The notes under the pieces: model-generated
Told to the model about the DNA's origin: nothing
Databases searched by the model: none
What the model saw: only the letters and a program-made list of their open reading frames with translations
IMG/VR virus record: IMGVR_UViG_3300027798_000023
Origin: an uncultured virus (IMG/VR IMGVR_UViG_3300027798_000023)
Taxonomy: Duplodnaviria > Heunggongvirae > Uroviricota > Caudoviricetes
Reading direction: 5' to 3' (one strand)
DNA length: 36,925 nucleotides
Made by a program: the position numbers and the translations under genes
Shown here: in pieces, positions 1 to 7,232 of the stretch
Position numbering within the stretch: the stretch's first letter is position 1
Layout: each line of letters opens with the position of its first letter

Positions 1-10
1 ACAAAAAATA

Positions 11-304
11 ATGAAAACCAATACACCTGAAACAGAACAACAAGATCAATACAACGACATCTTTGATGAAGATATGATTACAATGGATGGCTACGACGAC
101 TGCATCGTCGGGGTAGTCGAACAGTTTGGTCGCCCGCCCATCGCTTGCTACGACAAAGATAAAGTTCTAGCAAAACTGGACAAGGACGGGATGACCTACG
201 ACGAAGCACTTGAGTTCTGGGAGTTTAACCAGATCGGAGCTTGGCTTGGAGAAAGCACGCCATGCTTCTTAACCTTTATCAATTTAAACAACGACCATGA
301 ATAA
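11..304 (+). CDS. Conserved phage hypothetical protein
   Basis: 97 aa ORF; DGYDDCIVG...MTYDEALEFWEFN..GAW.G..TP.F pattern resembles a common family of aquatic phage small proteins. Confidence 0.7.
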   Translation: MKTNTPETEQQDQYNDIFDEDMITMDGYDDCIVGVVEQFGRPPIACYDKDKVLAKLDKDGMTYDEALEFWEFNQIGAWLGESTPCFLTFINLNNDHE

Positions 305-605
305 ATTTTACCCCATTTGGATATGTTTACCTTGCGGAAATCGACACGGACACAAGCGATGTGGCGTAGCAACGTGGCATGAAAACACCTGCGACATCTG
401 TGCAGAAGTAACTATGGTCACCGAGCCGAGGGACTTTGGTCACCTTAAAGATACTTGGCTGCAGGCATACGCTCAGCGAACAGCAATCAACGCTTACATA
501 AACGATGTGCCAGCGAATGCAGAAACACCCACAGATAGTCCCAATTTAAATACGATAACACATGAACAAGAAAGAACGAATCGAAAAATGGACAGCCAAG
601 ATTGA
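297..605 (+). CDS. Small Zn-finger protein (CxxC...CxxC)
   Basis: CLPC...CDIC; the YPIW...EPRDFGHLK module recurs in 35194..35586. Confidence 0.7.
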   Translation: MNKFYPIWICLPCGNRHGHKRCGVATWHENTCDICAEVTMVTEPRDFGHLKDTWLQAYAQRTAINAYINDVPANAETPTDSPNLNTITHEQERTNRKMDSQD

Positions 606-909
606 TAAGATCGTAGGCGCGTATAAGAAACTAAGCGCAGCTTGCGATGAATCGCACAAGGCTGGTTGCTTGGATGTAGACGGAAAACTATTCACGGCAA
701 TATGGGTATCATTTGATACGCTTATGGATCACATCGACCAACAAGAATGGTTGGAGTGGTATATCTACGACAACGATTGCGGGGCAGAAAAGATGAGGGC
801 AGGCTTTGGTGACGTGGTGAATCCGATTAAGAACAGCCGTGACCTAGCCAAGTTGATTGTAGAGGACGAGGATCAGGATGACCAACAAACCATATCACAT
901 GACCGATAA
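562..909 (+). CDS. Hypothetical phage protein
   Basis: 115 aa ORF with WLEWYIYDNDCG motif, in a co-oriented gene run. Confidence 0.65.
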   Translation: MNKKERIEKWTAKIDKIVGAYKKLSAACDESHKAGCLDVDGKLFTAIWVSFDTLMDHIDQQEWLEWYIYDNDCGAEKMRAGFGDVVNPIKNSRDLAKLIVEDEDQDDQQTISHDR

Positions 910-912
910 ATT

Positions 913-1440
913 ATGAACGAAAGACACATGAAAATCATGGTTCCATACGAGGAGCCTATGGACACCTGCCCAGATTGCAGCGACATCCCTTGTGATTGTG
1001 GGCTGCCTGCTGGGTATCAATCCGATATACGCTTTGCAGCAAACTTTGCACCGCATATTAAAGTTGTGGAAGCAAGTAAAGTTGCAGAGATAATTCAGCA
1101 GCGAGACGATTTGTTACGATACAACGAAGCATTTCGACAAGAAGCGTTGATCTGCGCTAATTGCGATGCGATCAGTAAAGAGGAATATGATCGAGCGATA
1201 GAGCAGCGGGACGGATTACGATCAGCAGTCGATTACGCAAGCGATCAACTAATCAGAATCACCGAGCAGTTGGACAGGCTGGTCGAGGCACTTGAACACA
1301 CCATGAAACACATGAGGCATAGTCTCAACTGCCCAGCTAGAATTTCAGAGGAACTCCATGCGTGTAATTGCCAAATGGAATGGGCGTATGATAACGCAAC
1401 CGAAGCACTCCAATCCCTAAACCAACCAACACAATGGTAA
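913..1440 (+). CDS. Mosaic Cys-rich/coiled-coil accessory protein
   Basis: CPDCSDIPCDC module and EQRD coiled-coil repeats; paralogous to 35629..36552. Confidence 0.7.
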   Translation: MNERHMKIMVPYEEPMDTCPDCSDIPCDCGLPAGYQSDIRFAANFAPHIKVVEASKVAEIIQQRDDLLRYNEAFRQEALICANCDAISKEEYDRAIEQRDGLRSAVDYASDQLIRITEQLDRLVEALEHTMKHMRHSLNCPARISEELHACNCQMEWAYDNATEALQSLNQPTQW

Positions 1441-1691
1441 TACCAACAATGGAATCAGAACTAAGGACGACACTAATGCAGTTGTCAGAAACCAGACTAG
1501 AACTCGCGGCAATCACAGAGCAGCGGGACAGCCTTGCTGATCTCGTAAAGCAATTTATATACATCCTAGACATCACCGAAGAAAGCGATGGAGGAAGATT
1601 GTTCCATCCTACCAACATCACAAGTTGTAGGGCAGGCGATCTCCAGAAAATTGGAGAGCTTGTCGAAGCATTAAGAAGAGCGAGTAGATAA
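1434..1691 (+). CDS. Coiled-coil accessory protein (TEQRD module)
   Basis: ELAAITEQRD motif shared with neighbouring genes; start could be 1434 or 1449. Confidence 0.65.
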   Translation: MVIPTMESELRTTLMQLSETRLELAAITEQRDSLADLVKQFIYILDITEESDGGRLFHPTNITSCRAGDLQKIGELVEALRRASR

Positions 1692-1706
1692 CCAACCAAC
1701 CGAACA

Positions 1707-2090
1707 ATGAACGACACACCGACACCGAGGACTGATGCAGCACTTAGATACTGCAAAACACGCAACGAATCTGGTAGGGAGGATATGGCAGGATACAGCG
1801 TTTTAGGAATACAAAAGATTATCGTTGAGTCTAAAAATCTAGAATGCGAACTAACCGCAGCACGGGAGGATGCGCGGTGGCTGGAGTCGATCATGGTGAG
1901 GCTCTACAATCAAGGGTATCACGCTGGGCATGAAGACACCGTGGAAGCCTGCTTCACGCCGATCCATCACACGGACATGGACGCATACCATGCCGACGTA
2001 GTGGCGGAAATTCTTCAGGAGAACGCTGGGGGTATGGCGCGGGAACTAGCCGCGCAGGACTCCGATAACTCAAACGACTTGAACGGCTAG
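1707..2090 (+). CDS. Mosaic accessory protein (TPTPRTD N-terminus); C-terminus encoded by an attC-like hairpin
   Basis: Preceded by ACCAACCAACCGAAC leader; stop codon lies in the 3' arm of the 2018-2119 hairpin. Confidence 0.7.
   Translation: MNDTPTPRTDAALRYCKTRNESGREDMAGYSVLGIQKIIVESKNLECELTAAREDARWLESIMVRLYNQGYHAGHEDTVEACFTPIHHTDMDAYHADVVAEILQENAGGMARELAAQDSDNSNDLNG
1851..1977 (+). repeat. 127-bp exact copy of the contig end (36799-36925)
   Basis: Base-by-base identity, with a mismatch immediately upstream (1850 A vs 36798 G). Confidence 0.95.
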
Positions 2091-2119
2091 TTCCCGTTGC
2101 TATCACTCCCTTGTTAGCC
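2018..2119 (-). mobile_element. attC-like recombination site 1
   Basis: Minus strand reads GGCTAAC-5nt-AGTGATAG (extra G at position 4)...CCATACC-6nt-GTTCTCC; perfect 13-bp inner stem 2040-2052/2084-2096. Confidence 0.7.
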
Positions 2120-2137
2120 TTCTTAATTTTTACGACG

Positions 2138-2458
2138 ATGAAATACAAATACCACTCAGAAACAAAAGACGAAACCGCATGGATCGAATCGCCAAATGGC
2201 GGCGAAGTCGGAGACCTTATGGATATCACCGAAGAACTAAATCTATTGCAACGCAAATGGATCGAAAAGTGCATGGAGGCGGATACGCTTCGGCAACACC
2301 TAAAGACTGCTCAGGATGTCATCGACGGGAAAACATCGCGCAACCGCAAATGGGGAAATCGTGTAGGGGCTCACGATTTCGATCAATGCGAGAAGATGGT
2401 GAGCGTATCAAAATCTATGGCTAACAGCCAAGCTGACCGACCGCAAGATTCGGTCTAG
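2138..2458 (+). CDS. Hypothetical protein inside attC-bounded cassette
   Basis: ATG at 2138 in frame with ORF 2111..2458; lies between GTTAGCC (2113) and GGCTAAC (2419); stop is within hairpin 2. Confidence 0.7.
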   Translation: MKYKYHSETKDETAWIESPNGGEVGDLMDITEELNLLQRKWIEKCMEADTLRQHLKTAQDVIDGKTSRNRKWGNRVGAHDFDQCEKMVSVSKSMANSQADRPQDSV

Positions 2459-2471
2459 CGACCTGTTCGAT
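2419..2471 (-). mobile_element. attC-like recombination site 2 (short, 53 bp)
   Basis: Minus strand reads ATCGAAC-5nt-GCTAGACC (extra A at position 4)...GGTCAGC-6nt-GTTAGCC. Confidence 0.65.
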
Positions 2472-2499
2472 TTAATTTAACAAACCAACCAACCGAACT

Positions 2500-2775
2500 A
2501 TGAACATGGAACATTTACTAGCAGCAACCAACAAAGTGGTTGAACTTAATAACCAACTAACCGCCGTCACAGAGCAGCGGGACAGGCTGGCAGAAGCTTT
2601 GAAGAAAGCAGCACCCATTGTATCAAGATACCCGTCTGGCTGGGATTTCAGCCATGATGAATTAGATGAAGCTGATGACGAAATAACCGAAGCACTCCAA
2701 TCCCTAAACCCAGATCATACTGTTGTTGCCAACGACATGATCGCAGCCGTGAAAGGAGGGAACGATGAGTCCTGA
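2500..2775 (+). CDS. Mosaic coiled-coil accessory protein
   Basis: LTAVTEQRDRLAEAL, EALQSLN and AAVKGG modules, each found in other genes of this window. Confidence 0.7.
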   Translation: MNMEHLLAATNKVVELNNQLTAVTEQRDRLAEALKKAAPIVSRYPSGWDFSHDELDEADDEITEALQSLNPDHTVVANDMIAAVKGGNDES

Positions 2776-3106
2776 ATCACAACGAATCGCGATTGCTGAG
2801 AGTGTTGGCATCCATCTACATGACGGCGACCACGCCCCGTCGAATTATATGTTTGTCACCGATCTGCCAGACTTCCTCAACGACCGCAATGCCATGGTAG
2901 AGGCAATCGCATCCCTACCCGCGCACCACCGCATTGCCTTTGGGCGAAACATCCAAGAAATCCTGAATATAGGTTTAGTAGGTTACATACCAAACTACCC
3001 CAACGACTATAAGAAGATTGTATCCTTCCTAACAGCCCCAGTTCACCTGATTGCCGAAGCATTCCTTAAAACCATCGGTAAGTGGGAAGGAGAAGATAAG
3101 CGTTAA
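2765..3106 (+). CDS. Hypothetical phage protein
   Basis: QRIAIAE...LPDFLNDRNAM...AEAFLKTIGKW pattern; AAGGAGG upstream. Confidence 0.7.
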   Translation: MSPESQRIAIAESVGIHLHDGDHAPSNYMFVTDLPDFLNDRNAMVEAIASLPAHHRIAFGRNIQEILNIGLVGYIPNYPNDYKKIVSFLTAPVHLIAEAFLKTIGKWEGEDKR

Positions 3107-3143
3107 AACATCCATAACGGATGTTCAAGAAAGCTAAACATTT

Positions 3144-3193
3144 ATGTAGGCGAACGCTGACATTTTGCTAATGTAGGCGAACGCTGACATTTT
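3144..3193. repeat. 2 x 23-bp direct repeat of a quasi-palindrome
   Basis: ATGTAGGCGAACGCTGACATTTT at 3144-3166 and 3171-3193. Confidence 0.9.
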
Positions 3194-3207
3194 AACAAAA
3201 ACAAATT

Positions 3208-3429
3208 ATGGACGAACTATTTGAAATACCACAAAGCAAATCACCCAGACTGCAATGGATGCACCGGCATTGGATTAAATTGGAAGAAAAAGACGGCAAA
3301 TACCGAGCCGTGCAAGGCTTGGTTAACTTTGCCTATCGTGACTCGGAAGATCTAGCATTGACTCATGCGGCCGTTATGCTAGGGATCCGTTTGTGGAACG
3401 AAGAAACCATAACCAATAAACCGCAATGA
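3208..3429 (+). CDS. Hypothetical protein
   Basis: 73 aa ORF with A-rich leader; ATGA overlap with next gene. Confidence 0.65.
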   Translation: MDELFEIPQSKSPRLQWMHRHWIKLEEKDGKYRAVQGLVNFAYRDSEDLALTHAAVMLGIRLWNEETITNKPQ

Positions 3430-3563
3430 GCCACAAAGGATCGAGAAGCAGAGTTAACGACCAGCAAGCCTACCGCGACAATCTTGATGAGATACTCGCT
3501 AATAGTCGCAAACGCAAAGAGGCCGAGAAGTCTAAAGCAAAACCCAAAAAGCCTACCAAATGA
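3426..3563 (+). CDS. Small basic protein (45 aa, not in ORF track)
   Basis: MSHKGSRSRVNDQQAYRDNLDEIL...; ATGA-coupled at both ends. Confidence 0.65.
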   Translation: MSHKGSRSRVNDQQAYRDNLDEILANSRKRKEAEKSKAKPKKPTK

Positions 3564-3796
3564 GCGCAGGGATGCATAAGGATCGCATAGGTCGCGACAA
3601 GCAAGACGTGTCCGATCTTGACTCAGAGATGGTATACATGACCCGACTTAGCCGTGAGGTTAGCCGGGCTTGTGATGCCTACTGGGAGCGTATAACCGGC
3701 AAGAAACCGCTAACAATGAAGGATATGGTTACTGGATACGCTAAATCTGGTAAAAGAAGACGAACAAGAATTAACAAGAAACAGACCCCGCTATGA
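3560..3796 (+). CDS. Hypothetical protein
   Basis: 78 aa ORF, ATGA-coupled to both neighbours. Confidence 0.6.
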   Translation: MSAGMHKDRIGRDKQDVSDLDSEMVYMTRLSREVSRACDAYWERITGKKPLTMKDMVTGYAKSGKRRRTRINKKQTPL

Positions 3797-4053
3797 CTAC
3801 ACTTTACGACATACTTGATATCTACCCATCAGAATCATTGTCTTATGATGACAAGATCGACATGGACATGATTGAAAACGAATTAGAGCATTCATTTGAT
3901 TCGATAGTTGAATTGAATTCCAATGATGAAAAAAGCAAATTGCTGTCTACCTGCCTGGAAATAGGATTGGCTCCAGACCTAGATTCAGTAAGAATTTTTC
4001 ATATTACCGACGAGATCGGCAAAACCTGCAAATTTGCAGTTTGGGGCGATTGA
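3793..4053 (+). CDS. Hypothetical acidic protein
   Basis: 86 aa ORF, ATGA-coupled, last gene before the repeat region. Confidence 0.55.
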   Translation: MTTLYDILDIYPSESLSYDDKIDMDMIENELEHSFDSIVELNSNDEKSKLLSTCLEIGLAPDLDSVRIFHITDEIGKTCKFAVWGD

Positions 4054-4170
4054 CACGCAAAATACACGGGAAGGATAAAAACCCGTATTTTTTTTCAAAA
4101 ACCCTACAGGCTATACGGGCCGGCAAAAAAAAAATATCATACGAAAAAGATGTCGTATGTGCTATTTGAT

Positions 4171-4230
4171 TCGCGATAAAATTGTCGTGCTTTAATTGTC
4201 GCGATAAAATTGTCGCGATAAAATTGTCGC
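4171..4230. repeat. 14-bp tandem repeat x4 (TCGCGATAAAATTG, second copy degenerate)
   Basis: Units start at 4171, 4185, 4199 and 4213, plus a partial unit. Confidence 0.9.
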
Positions 4231-4239
4231 ATCACTTTT

Positions 4240-4398
4240 CCGTGGATGTCCCGTGGATGTCCTGTGGATGTCCCGTGGATGTCCTGTGGATGTCCTGTGG
4301 ATGTCCCGTGGATGTCCCGTGGATGTCCTGTGGATGTCCTGTGGATGTCCCGTGGATGTCCCGTGGATGTCCTGTGGATGTCCCGTGGATGTCCCGTG
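4240..4398. repeat. 11-bp tandem repeat x14 + partial (CYGTGGATGTC)
   Basis: Counted directly; only position 2 varies (C/T). Confidence 0.95.
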
Positions 4399-4526
4399 AA
4401 ATTTTACCTGGTAATCATCCCGGAAAACTTCGCAAGCCGTAGATAATTATGAGAATACATCACTTTCCGCTTGCGATATTCCGTCAATCTGCCATTTTCC
4501 CCTCATCGCGATCGCGATTTAATATC

Positions 4527-4781
4527 ATGCAATTAATTAAACCAGAAAATGATGTGCCATTAGCTACCTATTATCGGAATGATTTAGGTATTTTTATGGA
4601 GGTTGAAAACGGAGTTAAAGCCGTCTATTCGGATGAGGAAACTTATCGGTTCGGAGAATTCATCCATTCCGATGATTTTATTCGTGATGAATTCGACGAG
4701 CTTAAATTTCAGATGATTGATTTTACCAATGAAAACCCATTTTATCACCGTGAAATGACTGAGGAAATCTATCTTGCTTAA
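4527..4781 (+). CDS. Hypothetical acidic protein
   Basis: In frame with ORF 4449..4781; MQLIKP start preferred because the upstream stretch looks promoter-like. Confidence 0.55.
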   Translation: MQLIKPENDVPLATYYRNDLGIFMEVENGVKAVYSDEETYRFGEFIHSDDFIRDEFDELKFQMIDFTNENPFYHREMTEEIYLA

Positions 4782-4785
4782 TCTT

Positions 4786-4884
4786 ATGAAACTATTTGAA
4801 ACCTCAACCGTCTTCATTGCATTTTCCCTTCTGGGCGCAATGATTCTCTACATCCTAAATGCTCTTTTAATCTCTACCCTATAA
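4786..4884 (+). CDS. Small membrane peptide (32 aa, not in track)
   Basis: MKLFETSTVFIAFSLLGAMILYILNALLISTL; fills the gap with tight spacing. Confidence 0.5.
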   Translation: MKLFETSTVFIAFSLLGAMILYILNALLISTL

Positions 4885-4896
4885 TTAAACCAAACC

Positions 4897-5049
4897 ATGA
4901 AATCATTAATCAGAAACTTTAAAACTTCAAACCGTGGAGACAAGGAAATGCTTATTTTTACCCTGTTTCTTTCAATCTCATTTCTTGCATTTATCATTTA
5001 CGGATTATCCCTATCTGTAATCCGTTTGCTCACGACTCCAATTCTCTGA
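4897..5049 (+). CDS. Small membrane protein (50 aa, not in track)
   Basis: AAACCAAACC-ATG leader; hydrophobic MLIFTLFLSISFLAFIIYGLSLSVI segment. Confidence 0.55.
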   Translation: MKSLIRNFKTSNRGDKEMLIFTLFLSISFLAFIIYGLSLSVIRLLTTPIL

Positions 5050-5068
5050 AACTAAACCAAATCAAACC

Positions 5069-5281
5069 ATGAAAACCATTCAAACCAAATACGGTGCAAT
5101 GCACCTTTATGAAACCATGCAGGAATTAGAAAACTTCACTTATGAAGATTGTGTCAATTGGCTGGAATTTAATGATTCTAACGGATGCTATTCGATTTAC
5201 GATCAAGAAATGGAATTTGGAGAACATCTGGAATTATCGGAAATGAAACAGCTTATTATCAATCAATCAATAGACGCATAA
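5069..5281 (+). CDS. Hypothetical protein
   Basis: 70 aa ORF with CAAACC-ATG leader; WLxxNDxNGxY motif. Confidence 0.65.
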   Translation: MKTIQTKYGAMHLYETMQELENFTYEDCVNWLEFNDSNGCYSIYDQEMEFGEHLELSEMKQLIINQSIDA

Positions 5282-5285
5282 ACTT

Positions 5286-6002
5286 ATGAAAAACACATTC
5301 AAAAAACGTAAAGGCTTTATCCTGCATCGCGGGACAAAAAACGGGTTTCCATATGTCGCAATCGTAACAATGGAAACCTCAAACCGTAAGACGGGAAACA
5401 TAGCACAAATCTGGTTTCTGTTGGAAAATGAAAATCCCGTTCAAGCGGTGCAATCTGGAATCGATGCCAAGACGATTTGCGACGGTTGCCCGTTTGCCAG
5501 CGGGAACGGTTGCTATGTAAATGTAGGCCAAGCTCCGCTTGCTATCTGGAAAGCGTACAATCGCGGTTTATATGAAGATCTGTTTCCGAAAGATTACAGC
5601 GAAGCATTCAAAGCTCGGAAAATCCGATTTGGAGCTTATGGTAATCCTACCTTGCTTCCCTTGTCGCTTGTGAAAGCGATCGCAACCGCATCTGCAGGAT
5701 GGACGGGATATTTCCATGACTGGCAATCGAACCCGCTCACAAGCGAATATGCAAAATATTTCATGGTTTCAACAGAAACCGAAAATTCACGCATCCAAGC
5801 GGAAAAGGCGGGGTATCGATATTTTCACGTTTCACCTGTGAAACCAGAAAACGCTTTGGAATGCTTATCTGAAACCAAGGGAATGGAATGCTCACAATGC
5901 CGATTATGTGCTGGTTTATCCAAAGCTCGGCAACCGTCCATCTGGATTAATCCACACGGCACAAAGAAAACCAAAGCAAGCAATGTCGCTCTAAACGTTT
6001 AA
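5286..6002 (+). CDS. Cys-rich putative Fe-S / radical-SAM-like phage protein (Gp88-like)
   Basis: NRKTG, CDGCP...CYV, IRFGAYGNP, WTGYFHDW and C-terminal CxxCxxC...HG motifs. Confidence 0.6.
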   Translation: MKNTFKKRKGFILHRGTKNGFPYVAIVTMETSNRKTGNIAQIWFLLENENPVQAVQSGIDAKTICDGCPFASGNGCYVNVGQAPLAIWKAYNRGLYEDLFPKDYSEAFKARKIRFGAYGNPTLLPLSLVKAIATASAGWTGYFHDWQSNPLTSEYAKYFMVSTETENSRIQAEKAGYRYFHVSPVKPENALECLSETKGMECSQCRLCAGLSKARQPSIWINPHGTKKTKASNVALNV

Positions 6003-6006
6003 AATC

Positions 6007-6243
6007 ATGCAAGATCAATTCATTAGACCATCATCGGAATCGTTCAAAGCGATTCGCCGTAGATTAATTCTCACTCAATCGGAATTAGGTGATTTACTCG
6101 GTGTATCACGTGAAACCGTTCACAGATGGGAAAACAGCCAAACCGTCCCGGTTTACGCTTTCCTCGCCATTCAACAGCTCGAAACCGTAAAGAGTAAATC
6201 GCGATTGATTCAATCAATTGAACGGTTTTTACAATCGATTTAA
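6007..6243 (+). CDS. XRE-family HTH regulator
   Basis: LTQSELGDLLGVSRETVHRWE. Confidence 0.9.
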   Translation: MQDQFIRPSSESFKAIRRRLILTQSELGDLLGVSRETVHRWENSQTVPVYAFLAIQQLETVKSKSRLIQSIERFLQSI

Positions 6244-6263
6244 ACTCAAACCAAACCCAAACC

Positions 6264-6297
6264 AAACCGTTCACGGGAAACCGTGAGCGGTTTTTTT
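6264..6297 (+). terminator. Rho-independent terminator
   Basis: CCGTTCACGG-GAAA-CCGTGAGCGG followed by T7. Confidence 0.9.
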
Positions 6298-6599
6298 GTG
6301 CGTTTGTGTCTCATTTCCAGATTGATTGACGCAACCCGGAAAGCACATTTAAATGGTTTCACCCAGATTCTGACCTATTGAATTTTTTGCGTTTAAATGC
6401 CTCTAGAATCCATTTAATTTTTCTGTGGCAATACTCGGCAAGGCATTTTCAAGCCAGCCTAAAAACGGCATTTAAACGCAATTCCAGACGGTTTCAGATG
6501 GGTTTGATGAAATACCCCCGGCAAGGAATCTCTTCGGCCCAGCTTTCCCGGTCGGGGTTGAAGCTCTTGACAATGAAAAGTGTGCATGGTTTTGCAGGT

Positions 6600-6628
6600 T
6601 TGACATCTTGGTCATTAGATGTTAGCCA
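6600..6628 (+). promoter_or_regulatory. Putative promoter for the packaging genes
   Basis: TTGACA-17nt-TAGCCA (weak -10) just upstream of 6651. Confidence 0.35.
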
Positions 6629-6650
6629 ATAAAGCCAAAATAAAAATGAA

Positions 6651-7232
6651 ATGAGCAATGAAACAAGCAAAGCCATCCTCAAATTACCATCGCTGGGGCA
6701 AGTGGCGTGGATTTACAGATTGCCGGAAGCAACGCTAAAAGCATTTAGGCAAAGGGGTTGCGATGTGTTTGATGCCAGGCAAGTCTTCGAGACTTTGGAG
6801 AAGACCAGCCGCAAACCCGACGAGTGGAGAGAATACTTTGAGAACCAAGACGATTCCCATGAATACTGGAAATTGCAAGAAACCAAGGAAAAGGTCGAGG
6901 GTCTAAAGCTGAAGAACGCTAAAGCGGCCGGAGAGATGTTTGACAAGTCGGACGGCGAAAAGGTTCAAGATGCATGGGCAAGCGCATTGCAGATCGCTTT
7001 GTCTGAGCGGAAAGCGACGGTTCCGCAGATATTGGCAGGCAAAGACGAGGCATGGATATCGGAATGGATGGAGGAAGAGGATAGGAAATTACTGTCAGAA
7101 TTGAGCGATTTGGAATCTGGTCTATGGAAACAAGTTTATGAAAAATACAGCGTCATCGCGGAATCTGGAGACATGGCTGAAGACTCACCCGCTAATGAAG
7201 CGAAGAGTGGACGGTCTAAAGCCAAGACCTAA
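6651..7232 (+). CDS. terS: Terminase small subunit (Nu1-like)
   Basis: Directly upstream of terL; N-terminal HTH-like segment then coiled coil (KLKNAKAAGE). Confidence 0.7.
   Translation: MSNETSKAILKLPSLGQVAWIYRLPEATLKAFRQRGCDVFDARQVFETLEKTSRKPDEWREYFENQDDSHEYWKLQETKEKVEGLKLKNAKAAGEMFDKSDGEKVQDAWASALQIALSERKATVPQILAGKDEAWISEWMEEEDRKLLSELSDLESGLWKQVYEKYSVIAESGDMAEDSPANEAKSGRSKAKT

Noticed and set aside
961..1252. DGR template/variable repeat pair with 35797-36208
   Set aside because: Differences are mostly synonymous and not adenine-specific; no reverse transcriptase in the window.
2040..2096. Rho-independent terminator
   Set aside because: 31-nt loop, no U-tract, and outer arms with AAC/GTT ends fit an attC-like fold better.
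4240..4398. CRISPR array
   Set aside because: Units are contiguous 11-mers with no unique spacers, and there are no cas genes.
4182..4446. ORFs 4182..4442 and 4246..4446 with CPVDVPWMS repeats
   Set aside because: They are translations of the stop-free 11-bp tandem repeat in several frames; no independent coding evidence.
6378..6682. ORFs 6378..6632 (+) and 6494..6682 (-)
   Set aside because: No recognisable features; the region between terminator and terS contains TTGACA elements and looks regulatory.
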